Assembly (NCBI RefSeq): GCF_000582535.1
Contig: NZ_CP006932.1
Span: forward strand, 450,001-482,000
Length of the DNA: 32,000 bases
Origin: Candidatus Saccharimonadota bacterium
GTDB taxonomy: Bacteria; Bacillota_I; Bacilli_A; Mycoplasmatales; Hepatoplasmataceae
Direction of reading: 5' to 3'
Shown here in pieces: positions 18,773 through 28,843 of this stretch. The number at the start of each line of letters is the position of its first letter. The stretch's first letter is position 1. The position numbers were made by a program, and so were the translations under genes. A model generated the notes under the pieces. It was given only the letters and a program-made list of their open reading frames with translations, ran no database searches and was not told where the DNA came from.

Positions 18773-19639
18773 TTAATTTAAATAAATATTATTTTCCACT
18801 TTTAAATTAATCGCATATTTACATCCAATTATAAATAAAAAAGTTACAAAAATTTTACTTGGAACAAGATATGTTGAACTAAAAACTCTTTCATAAAATT
18901 CTAATTTAAAAGGAATATCAAAAGCATAAAATTGTGAATATGGCCTAATAATAAATCCTGTAAAAATTCTTACAATTATAAAAATGATCGTAAGATAAAC
19001 AAGCAAACTTAAATTTTCTTTTTTATATCGATATGTGTAAAAAAAGAGAATTTCAAGTAATATTATAAAAATTGGGGATATTGTAATCATTACATATAAA
19101 GAATTTTTTAGAAATTCTTCTTCTTCTCCTGTTTTCCCTAGAAAATAAACTAAAGTAAAACAGACCACAAGAAAAATTAATAAACTTAATTGAAATATCC
19201 AAAATTGTTGCTTTATTCCAATTTCCTTTTTTCTATTACGATAATTTTCTCCCAAAACTCCAGCAATAAGACCTGTAAAAGGGAAAATTAAAAAAGGAAG
19301 AGGAAGAGGTACTCATCCATTAAGCAATGTTCTCGATAAATCAGCAATTGCCCCATAAACAATCGCTTCAATTGGTCCAAATAAAATACCTGTAGCAACA
19401 ATTGTTGCATCATCAAAACTAAAAGGAATAAAATCAGCTGCTTGGGGAATTATTCTTGTAAGAAAAGCTTGTAATAAAAATATTCCATAAAAAAAAGCAA
19501 AAATAGGAATTTTATAAATTGTAAGGGCTTTTCTTTTTTCTTTTTTATATTTAAAAAAATAATAAATTAAAGCAAAAATAATAATAAAAGAAAAAGAAAG
19601 AAATAAAATTCATCAAATTAAAGTGTAATTTGGATCCAT
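18773..19639 (-). CDS. polytopic membrane protein, N-terminal half resembles an ECF-transporter S component
   Basis: ATG at 19639, in frame with track ORF 18773..19255 (whose 'M' is really a TTG). I checked 19256-19639 codon by codon. 288 aa, TAA stop. The segment ATGILFGPIEAIVYGAIADLSRTLLNGWVPLPLPFLIFPFTGLIAGVLG resembles the G-P/G-rich core of S components. The assignment is tentative. Confidence 0.4.
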
Positions 19640-19643
19640 CTTT

Positions 19644-20519
19644 TTACTTTTCTATTATTTGAATCATCTTGTTTAATCAATTATAAATAGTGCTTTTTGA
19701 GATATTTTTTTGATATTTCAAAAAAAAATGATATTTGAGATCTTCCAGTGATGAATTCTTTTTTTCCATTCTTAATTTTGCTAAATTAATTTGTTCTTTT
19801 GTTAATTCTCTTAGATATTTTGGTTCATTTAATATTATTGAAATTGCTTCGATTTCTTTTTTTGCATTTTTATTAATTTTTGCTTGATTGAATTTTTCAA
19901 TTACCTCCGCTCGTTTTAAATTAAGATTCATATCTTGAATAATGCGATTCTCTTCAAAATCAATTAATGAATCAGTTGCTTTAATATATTTTAAAAAATC
20001 AGAGATATAAATTGCTCTTTTAATATAAAAACAATTTATATCCTTAATTTTAATATAATTAAATTTAAAATTTAATTTATTATTTATTTTAATAAATAAT
20101 TTACAAATTCTATTATTTTTTAATCTAATTTCAAGGTAATTATTTTTTGTACTAAAATTAGTAATTGAACCTTTTGCTAAAAAGGCTCCTGCTATTAATG
20201 CTTTATTTAATTCTTGATTTTTATATATTTCTTCTTCAATTTTTAAAAATTTATTTTTAATTGAAAATAAAAATTCACTACTTAAAAAAAATATTTTTTT
20301 CTCCTGGTCAATTTTTAAATCTAGCTCTTTTTTATTTATATTTTTCAAATATTGCATAAAAAATAAAAAAATTTTTTCATTTTTTATTTTAATATAATAA
20401 ATCTCATTTTTCAATTTATAAGAAAGTAGAAAAAAAACAATACAAAATATAACATCTTGTTCTTTTTCATTTCAATTATTATTTAATATTTCATTTTTAA
20501 TTCGTTCTGAAAAATTCAT
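19644..20519 (-). CDS. whiA: DNA-binding protein WhiA
   Basis: ATG at 20519 (MNFSERIKNEILNNNW...), in frame with track ORF 19677..20414 (that 'M' is a TTG). The frame reads through TGA at 19677 to TAA at 19644-19646, giving 291 aa. LIAGAFLAKGSITN is the LAGLIDADG-like core. The C-terminal HTH region is LEDLKYHFFLKYQKNISKSTIYNWLNKM. The position next to trxB matches what I recall for other Mollicutes. Confidence 0.85.
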
Positions 20520-20520
20520 T

Positions 20521-21447
20521 TTATAATCTATCAATATATTTTTTTGCAGAAAGTGCTGCATTTGTTCCATCAGAAATAGCTCCACTTACTTGATGAAATT
20601 CTTTATTTGTAATATCTCCTGCAGCAAATATTCCATCTATTCCTATTTTTCCAGTTTTATAATCAACTGTAATAAAATTATCTTTATTTAAAATTGCAGA
20701 TTTTTGTAAAAACTTACTTGCTGGTATTCAACCAATATATGTAAATACTCCTTCTACTGAAATTTCTTCTATTTTATTTGTTAATTTATTCTTGATTGTA
20801 ATTGAAGAAATTTTTTTACCATCACCATTTATTTTAATTAATTCTGAATTAAATTTTAAATGAATATTTTTTGCCTTTTCAATATTTTTTTTAATACTAT
20901 CAACAACATCTAACTTATCAAATAAATTAATAATATAAATATTTTTTACGATTTTAGAAGCGAATAAACTTTCTTCTGATGCAGAAGTTCCTCCTCCAAT
21001 TACAGCGATATCTTTATTACGATAAAAATCACCATCACAAACAATACAAGTAGAAATACCTTTTCCAAAATAAGTTTTATATTCTTCAAGTGGTAATTTT
21101 TTCGGATTCATTCCCATTGCAAAAATTATTGTCTTTGTTTGATATTTTTTATCAGATTTTAAAATTACTATTTTTTCCTTTTTACTAATATTGTTAATTT
21201 TTATTACTTCATCATTTTCAATTTTTGCCCCCAATGATTCAGCATGATCAATAAATTTAAGGGCTAATTCTGTTCCTGTAAGGGATTTAAAACCAGGATA
21301 ATTATCAACCTTATGTGTATTCAATAATTTTCCTCCAGGAGCACCTTTTTCGATAATTATTGTTTTTAAATTTGCTCGAGCCCCATAAATTGCAGCTGCA
21401 AGACCTGCAGGTCCACCTCCAACAATCAATAAATCTATTTTTTCCAT
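20521..21447 (-). CDS. trxB: thioredoxin-disulfide reductase
   Basis: DLLIVGGGPAGLAAAIYGAR (FAD GxGxxG motif), redox-active CIVCDG (CxxC), IAVIGGGTSASEE (NADPH site), GIFAAGDIT. Track ORF 20728..21447 extends through TGA to TAA at 20521-20523, 308 aa. Confidence 0.92.
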
Positions 21448-21477
21448 ATATCTTTTCCTTAAATAATTTTCAAAATC

Positions 21478-22470
21478 TTATTTTTGATATTTTTTCACTA
21501 TTTCCAGATATTCTTGTTCTGGATATAATTTCTTAAAATTATTATAATTTAAATTATTATTTCTAATTAAATTTTTATATTTTTCCTTATTTTTTAAATT
21601 AAAAATTAGAAAAAATTTTAATTTAAAATTTTTTATTTTTACTTCGTAATAAAATTTCCCATATGTATGATTAAAAATGGCAATTTTTTCAAAATATAAT
21701 TGATAATAAATCATTAAAAATATACCTCAAAAAAGAAATAAAAATGATAAAACGAATGAAGTAGGAATTTCTCCTATTTTCATAATATATTTATCATCTC
21801 TTAATAATTCAAGACTTGCCCTTATCGTTCCATATCAAAATAAATAAAATCCTCCATGAAAACCCGGTTTAATTTTATGATTTGTTTTAAGAAAAAAGGC
21901 AATTATAATTCAACCAAGAAAATCTAAAATTGCTTCATATAAAAATAATGGTTGTCGATAATATCCATCAATTAGCATATGATCTTCAATAAAATCAGGA
22001 AGAAAAGCTAATTGATCTGTTATTTGGCCATAAACATTTTGATCGAAGAAATTACCCCATCTACCGATTGCTTGTCCAATTAAAATGTTTGGAATTATTA
22101 TTGAAAAAGCTTTTCTAAATTCAATATAGCTTGCAAAATAAGTTGTATAGATATAGAGCCAAATAAAAATTGCAAAAATTGATCCTAAAATTGATCTTCC
22201 TTCTGAAAATTGAAATAAAGAAATAAATCCATTAAAATCTTTTGGATTAAATAATAAATATCATCATCTTGCCCCAAAAATGGCAACTATTACACCTACA
22301 AAAAATAAAAGAAAAAGATCAAATGTTTTGTATTTCTTTTTTTTTCATTCAATATAACTAATGATAAAAACAGCAATAAAACCAAATAAAAGCATCAATC
22401 CGTATCAAGGAATTGGAATTGGACCTATTCAAAAAGCGATTGCAAAATCTGAATTAGCTTCTTGGATCAA
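21478..22470 (-). CDS. lgt: prolipoprotein diacylglyceryl transferase
   Basis: I checked every in-frame codon from 21715 to 22470: only TGA interruptions. Motifs: PIPIPWYGLMLLFGF, GARWWYLLFNP, IGQAIGRWGNFFDQNVYG, PLFLYEAILDFLGW. The start is inferred as TTG at 22470, because an in-frame TAA lies at 22480-22482 and the first ATG would delete the conserved N-terminus. 330 aa including a ~70-aa Lys/Asn-rich tail. Confidence 0.85.
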
Positions 22471-22485
22471 TTTTATTATTTAAAC

Positions 22486-23412
22486 TTATTTATTTTCTTC
22501 ATTATTAATTTTAATTCGTGAACTTAAATCTTCAAGCGGAAAATATTTATCATATTTTCTTTGTTTGAAATTCATTACTGCAATTTCGACAAGTTCAGCA
22601 ATATTACGACCAACTAAAATAGGTAATTGAATTATTGGAATATTTACACCTTTTATTAGTTTGTTTGAAATATTATTTCCTAATCGATCATAATTTTCTT
22701 TTTTTGATGAATTTGTAAAATTAATAATAAAATCTATTTTTGATTCTGGTTTAATGATTTGTGTTCCTAAAAGCTTTTTAATATTTATGATTCCAATTCC
22801 TCTTACTTCTAAAAATTCTCTTGTGATTCTTGGACTTTTTCCATAAAGTTCACCAGAAACACGATAAACATCAATTGCATCATCACCTACAAATAAATGT
22901 TTTCTACTAATTAATTCAAGCGCAACTTCACTCTTTCCAATTCCGCTTTCTCCTGTAAGTAAAATCCCCATACCATAAACAATAAGCATAGTAGCATGAA
23001 TTCTTTCTGGATTTTGTGTTGATTTTACAAGATAAGGTTCAATTGAAGCTCTTATTTCAGCAGATGGTTGTGTTGTTTTTAAAATTATGAAACCAATTGA
23101 TCTTAAAATTTCAAGAATCTTAAGATCAATTTCTTTTATATTTAAAATAATTAATTTATTATTTTTAAAAATATTTTTAATTCCTAAAATAAATTTTTTT
23201 TCACCTAAATAATCAAAAATTTCATTAACTTTAGAATCTAAAATAATTAATTTATTTTTTGCATCTGAAATTAATAAAATTTCTAAATTTCCTGAAGTTG
23301 TTCCAGTTGCAATAAATTGATAATCTTCTAATTGATTTTTTTTAAGTAAATCGGAATTATCAATTTGTAAATCAAATTTTTTAATAATTTTTTTTAAACT
23401 TATTTTGCGCAT
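22486..23412 (-). CDS. hprK: HPr kinase/phosphorylase
   Basis: LLTGESGIGKSEVALELISRKHLFVGDDAIDV (P-loop) and EVRGIGIINI. I prefer the ATG at 23412 (MRKISLKKIIKKF...). The track start at 23427 is a TTG that forms part of TTGTATAAT. The hprK-lgt adjacency is as I recall in Bacillus and Mycoplasma. Confidence 0.9.
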   Translation of the reverse strand: MRKISLKKIIKKFDLQIDNSDLLKKNQLEDYQFIATGTTSGNLEILLISDAKNKLIILDSKVNEIFDYLGEKKFILGIKNIFKNNKLIILNIKEIDLKILEILRSIGFIILKTTQPSAEIRASIEPYLVKSTQNPERIHATMLIVYGMGILLTGESGIGKSEVALELISRKHLFVGDDAIDVYRVSGELYGKSPRITREFLEVRGIGIINIKKLLGTQIIKPESKIDFIINFTNSSKKENYDRLGNNISNKLIKGVNIPIIQLPILVGRNIAELVEIAVMNFKQRKYDKYFPLEDLSSRIKINNEENK

Positions 23413-23457
23413 AAATAAATTATACAATTATATTTCAACTTTTTTAAATCAGAAAAA

Positions 23458-24639
23458 TTATTGTAATCTTATTTTTCTTACATATCTTAAATAAATATCT
23501 TCGATTATTTTTTGATAATCTTTAATTTGATTTTCAAAATAAATTACTTTTTCTAATGTTGGTTTTGTTTTTGGATTTTTAGGAGTAAAAAGAGAACACA
23601 TGTCATCACCCTTTTGAATTGAAATTTGATATGTCTCAATCTCTTTTGCTTTTTTAATAATTTCTTCTTTTGAAAGACAAATTAAAGGTCTTGCTGTAAA
23701 AATATCAGTTGCTCTATCAATTACTGATAAAGATTCTAGAGTTTGGCTAGAAACCTGTCCTAATGAATCACCTGTTACTATTAATTTTTTTTCTTCTTTA
23801 TTTGCAAGAAAATCTGCAAATTTAAAAAAACCTCTTCTAAGTAAAATTGTCCGATACTCTACTGCTTTTAATTTTGCAATAGCACTTTGCATATCCTCAA
23901 AATTAACAAGATAAAGATAATGATCTTTTCCATTAAATTTGTTTATTTTTTCTGATAATAATTTTATTTTATCTAGTACTTCTTTAGTAGAGGTTTTTGA
24001 AGTAAGAAAAGTAATGAAACTAAGATTTATTCCTCTACAAATTGTAAGATAACCAGCAACAGGAGAATCTATCCCTCCCGAAAGCATTAATAATCCTTCT
24101 CCATTTATTCCTGCTGGTAATCCTATAATTCCATAATCCTTTTTGAAACTCATATAATATTTTTTTTCTTGTGTAAAAATAATTTCAAAATTATAATCAT
24201 ATTCTTTTAAATTAACTGAAATATTTTTATTAAGATTAAAAATTTCTTTTGCAACAAAAATCACTGCTTCTTGATTAGATGAAAATATTTCTTTTGCAAA
24301 TTTTGAATTTCTAATTGTAACTCTAAATTTAAAAGATTTGTTTGTCTTTTTTATAATATGTTTTAGATCATTAATTATATTTTCTTTTGTAATTGAATTT
24401 GAATAAATAACAGAAAAAGAATGAATACCAATAATATTTTTTAAAATTTTTAAAATTTCTTCTTGATCACTATCAATAAAATCAATTAATAAATGATCAT
24501 ATTTTTTTGTAAAATTAATATTTGAAAAATTTGCTTTTTTAAATTTATTTTTAATGTTATCAATTAATCAATTAATAAATTGATTACGGTTTTTACCTTT
24601 TAATGTTAGTTCTGAATATTTAATTAAAATTGTTTTCAC
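23458..24639 (-). CDS. thiI: tRNA 4-thiouridine synthase ThiI
   Basis: The PP-loop is LLMLSGGIDSPVAGYL. The N-terminus VKTILIKYSELTLKGKNRNQFINW is the typical ThiI ferredoxin-like start. GTG start at 24639 (in-frame TAA at 24643-24645). Track ORF 23458..24264 is in the same frame after one TGA. 393 aa. Confidence 0.85.
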
Positions 24640-24664
24640 TTTTTAAAATCTTTATGTGTAAATT

Positions 24665-26284
24665 TTATATTACAATTGTTCTATAAATAACTTTTAGAGC
24701 TTCAATTAAATTATCATTTTGATAATAATTTTCAATTTTATTTTCTATAAAAGAAATTTTTTGATTTGAATGATATTTATTTAATGATGAAATTATCTCA
24801 TTTAAATATAAAATTAAAAAAGTATCGCGAAAAATTTTTTGATAAAAAATAGTTAATTCATTTTCCAATTTTAAATATTTTTCTTTTATTTCAAAGCTTT
24901 TTAAAATTTTAGTTTCTGAAAAAAATGATTGAAGATTTTCTTTTATTTTAATTATTTTATCTTTATATTTTTTCTGATATTTATCAGGAATCTGATAATA
25001 TAAATTTTCAATATTTATAAAAATAAAGTTTAAATTATTAAATTTTTTTATAAGTTTATTTTCTTTTTCAATACTATCTTTTGCAAAAAATATTTGTTGA
25101 TATTTTTTAAGATAACTAGAAATTAAAATCAATTGATCTACTTTTTTTATGATTATTTTTCTATGTAATATATTTTCATCTTGATATTTTTTATATACAT
25201 CAAATTTATCAATAATTTCTTTTTTTAGATAATTAAGATAAGAAATCTTTAATTTATCATCATTTGTGAAATTAGAAAATTTGTATTTTATTAAATTATC
25301 AAAATTATCAATATTCCTCATAAATCAAAATAAATTTTTTTCTTCTCTTAAAATAAATTCAATTTGATTAAAAAAAGTTTGATAATCAAAAAACATTAAA
25401 TTTAATTTATCCAAAATTTTTTGATTTATTTTTCTAGCATATAAAAAATTTAAATTAAAAAGATGTATTTTTAATTTTGCAAAATCATACTTAATATCTT
25501 TAATTTTTGTTTGTAAATTTTTATAATATTTTTTTATAAATTGACTATTTTCATTAATTAACTGTTTTATCTTTGTTTTAATATTTAAATAAAATGAGTC
25601 TATTTTGCTTTTAATTTTTAAATAAAAAACAAAATCATTATTTAATTCTAAAATTTCTGAATTAATTTTTTTTATTTTATTTATAAAATCATCAAGATCA
25701 TTTTTTTCTTCTTTTATTTTTATTATTTTATATTCAATCTTGTTAATTCTTTCTAAATATTTTCCTTGTAATAAATCCTTTTGAAATTCTGAAATTTTTA
25801 CTAAATTAATAAATTTTTTGAATAATTGATCTAATTCAAAAATTAAATTTTCTTTGATTTCATTAATTAAATTATATTCATTAATTTTAAATTTGATTTT
25901 AGCATAAGTTATTTTATAATCAAATTGTAATTTATCAATTTCTTTTAATCTATTTTTAAATTTATTTTTAGAAAAATAAAATTTTAAGAGATTCTCTTTT
26001 TCAAGTGATACATAACAAATTTTTAATTTATTTAAAGTAACATAAATTAAATTTTTAATTGTATCATCAATATCATTTAATATTTCTTCTTGCAAAAATT
26101 CATTTTTATTTTTAAAATAATTAAATAATTGATCTAATTCTTTTATTTTATATCTAATTAAATCTTTGTAATATAGATCTAATGTTCTTTTTCGATTTAA
26201 TCTTGAAATAGAAGAAAAATATAAAAAACTTATTATTAAAAATAAGATTACAATCAATAAAAGAAAAATTGCTAATATTTCCAT
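24665..26284 (-). CDS. membrane-anchored long coiled-coil protein, EzrA-like (septation-ring regulator candidate)
   Basis: Track ORFs 25325..26284 and 24665..25321 are in one frame, separated only by TGA (25325-27) and one TTT codon before the 'second' ATG (...EEKNLFWFMRNIDNF...). Together they give 539 aa. A single N-terminal TM (MEILAIFLLLIVILFLIISFLYF) is followed by ~510 aa of heptad-like K/E/N/I-rich sequence. The gene lies immediately upstream of thiI. Confidence refers to the EzrA assignment; the single-CDS call itself is about 0.8. Confidence 0.45.
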
Positions 26285-26305
26285 AATTACTTTACTTTAC
26301 ATTTT

Positions 26306-28843
26306 TTATAATTCTTTAATTATTTTATCAATATCCAAATCACTTAATTTTAATTGTTTTTTAGAAATTAAATGCTTTTGCAATTTTGCTAAATTAATAT
26401 AAGGATCATCTTGTATTAATTTTATCTTTTTATCTTTAAATTTAGAAAATCCACTCATAAAATCTGATAAAATAATTTCATTAAATTCTTGAAATTGTTG
26501 AATTTTCTTATCACTATACATTATATAAATATTTTTTTCAAAATCAGATTGACATACACCAACTAATTTATCTTGATATGCTTTTACTTGTTTCAAAATT
26601 AAATTTCCTCTTAAATTTCTCTTAGTAATTTTAAGATCTTTACCTCTTATTCTTTTCCCTTTTCCCATTTTTGTAAAAATAGCAAATTTTGTTTTTCCTT
26701 CGTTTAATTCCTTTTGATCAATAATAAAAGAATTTAGAACAAAATCTGAAGGTAACAAATTAATATTTTTTACCCCTATTGCATTAAGACCAATTACATT
26801 TAAAGAATTTAAATCATAATGTAAATAATAACCTTTTTCTGTAAAAGAAATTACAGAATATTTATTATTTTTTTCGATAAATTGAATTGAACAAACATCA
26901 TCATTTTTTTCTAATTTAATAAATTTTTGCCCACCTTTAGAAACATCGAAATTCAAATTTCTAATTTTTGTTTGTTTAATCATTCCTTTTTTTGTTGCTA
27001 TTATAAAATTTAAATCTAATTTTGTAATATCTTCTTTTGAAATAATAAAAGAAATAATCATTTCTTTTCCACTAAGAGAAATATATTTTGATAAATGATC
27101 TCCAATTTCTTTATATCTATATTGATTAATCTTATAAATTGGAACTTTATAAAATTTCCCATTAGAAGTAAATAAAAATAAATTACTTAAATTAGAAACT
27201 TTATTTGCTTTTCTTAATGGGATATCTCCATCGAGAAAAGCAAATAAATCGTTTTCTAAATTATCTTTTGTTTTTGAATTAACAATTTTTATATATCCTT
27301 TACGAGTAAGACATAAATAATAATCTTCTTCAATTATTAATTCTTCTTCATTTATTGAGATTTCTTCAATTTGGTCTTTTATAATACTTTTTCTTTTATC
27401 TTTAAATTGATCTTTTATTTTGTTTAAATCAGAAATTATAATTGCAGATAAATAATCCTTATTCGCCAAAGCTTTTTGGTAATGTGAAATTAAAGTTAAT
27501 AACATTTTATGTTCTTTAATTAATTGATTAATATCTGTTGAAGTTAATCTATATAAACGTAAATTAACTACAGCCTCTGCTTGATAATCATTAAATTTAT
27601 ATTTTTGAATTAAATTATTTTTTGCTTCTTCTTTATTTAAAGATTCTCTAATAATTTTTATTACAAAATCAATAGTTTCACTTATTTTAACTAAAGCTTG
27701 AATTACAGATAATCTTTTTTGATTTTTTTCTAATTCATATCTAAATAAATTCTTATATAAAAAAAATTGAAATTCTTTAAAATCATCAATTATATTAATT
27801 AAAGTAACAAGTTGTGGTTTTTTATCTTTAATTACAACCATATTAATATAATAATTTTTTCGTAAATCCGTATTTTTTAAAAGAAAATTAATAATTGCAT
27901 GATGATCTACATTTTTTCTTGTATTTAAAGTAATTTGTAATCCATTCCGATCACTATCATCGCGAATACTTATTAATCCCGGAACTTTATTTAAATTGAT
28001 CAATTGATCAATTTTCCTTACAAGATCAGATTTATTTACTTCAAAAGGAATTTCATTAATTATAATTTCATTATTTTTTGAATCAGAAACAATATTTGCT
28101 TTAATTACAATTTTTCCTTTTCCTGTACGATAAGCTTCTTTAATTCCTAATTTTGACTCAATTATTCCTCCTGTAGGAAAATCAGGACCTTTTATAATTT
28201 TTGATAAATTAGAAATTGAATAATTATCATTTTTAAAAGCAAAAATTAAAGCATTAATTACTTCTGTAAAATTATGAGGAGGAATATTTGTTGAATAACC
28301 GGACGCAATTCCGATTGCTCCATTTATTAATAAATTTGGAATTTTTGCAGGTAAAATAACAGGCTCTAATTCTGAGTCATCAAAATTAGTTGTAAAAGGA
28401 ACTATTTTTTTTTCAATATTTTGTAAAAGAAATGAACTAAATTTAGAAAGTCTTGTTTCAGTATATCGCATTGCTGCTGCTGAATCACCATCAATTGATC
28501 CATTATTTCCGTGCATATCAATTAAAGGAATTGAAGATTTTCATTCTTGAGACATTCTAATAAGTGCTTCATAAACAGATGTGTCACCATGCGGATGATA
28601 TTTACCTATTACATCCCCAACAATTCTAGCTGATTTTTTATAACTAGATTCATAATTTAATTTTAATTGATTCATTGCGTAAAGAATTCTTCTTTGCACA
28701 GGTTTTAATCCATCTCTTAAATCAGGAAGAGCTCTTTCTTGAATAATATATTTTGAGTAATCACCAAATTTTTCTCCAATTAATTTATCTAAATTTTGTG
28801 GAATTATTTTTGAATTTTGAACAAATTCTTTTTTATTTTTCAT
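26306..28843 (-). CDS. parC: DNA topoisomerase IV subunit A
   Basis: [42 protein letters not shown] (that W is a TGA), [62 protein letters not shown] and EKK.VPF are ParC/GrlA-like rather than GyrA-like, and I saw no GyrA-box. Track ORFs 28541..28843 and 26306..28516 are in one frame. 845 aa. Confidence 0.9.
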
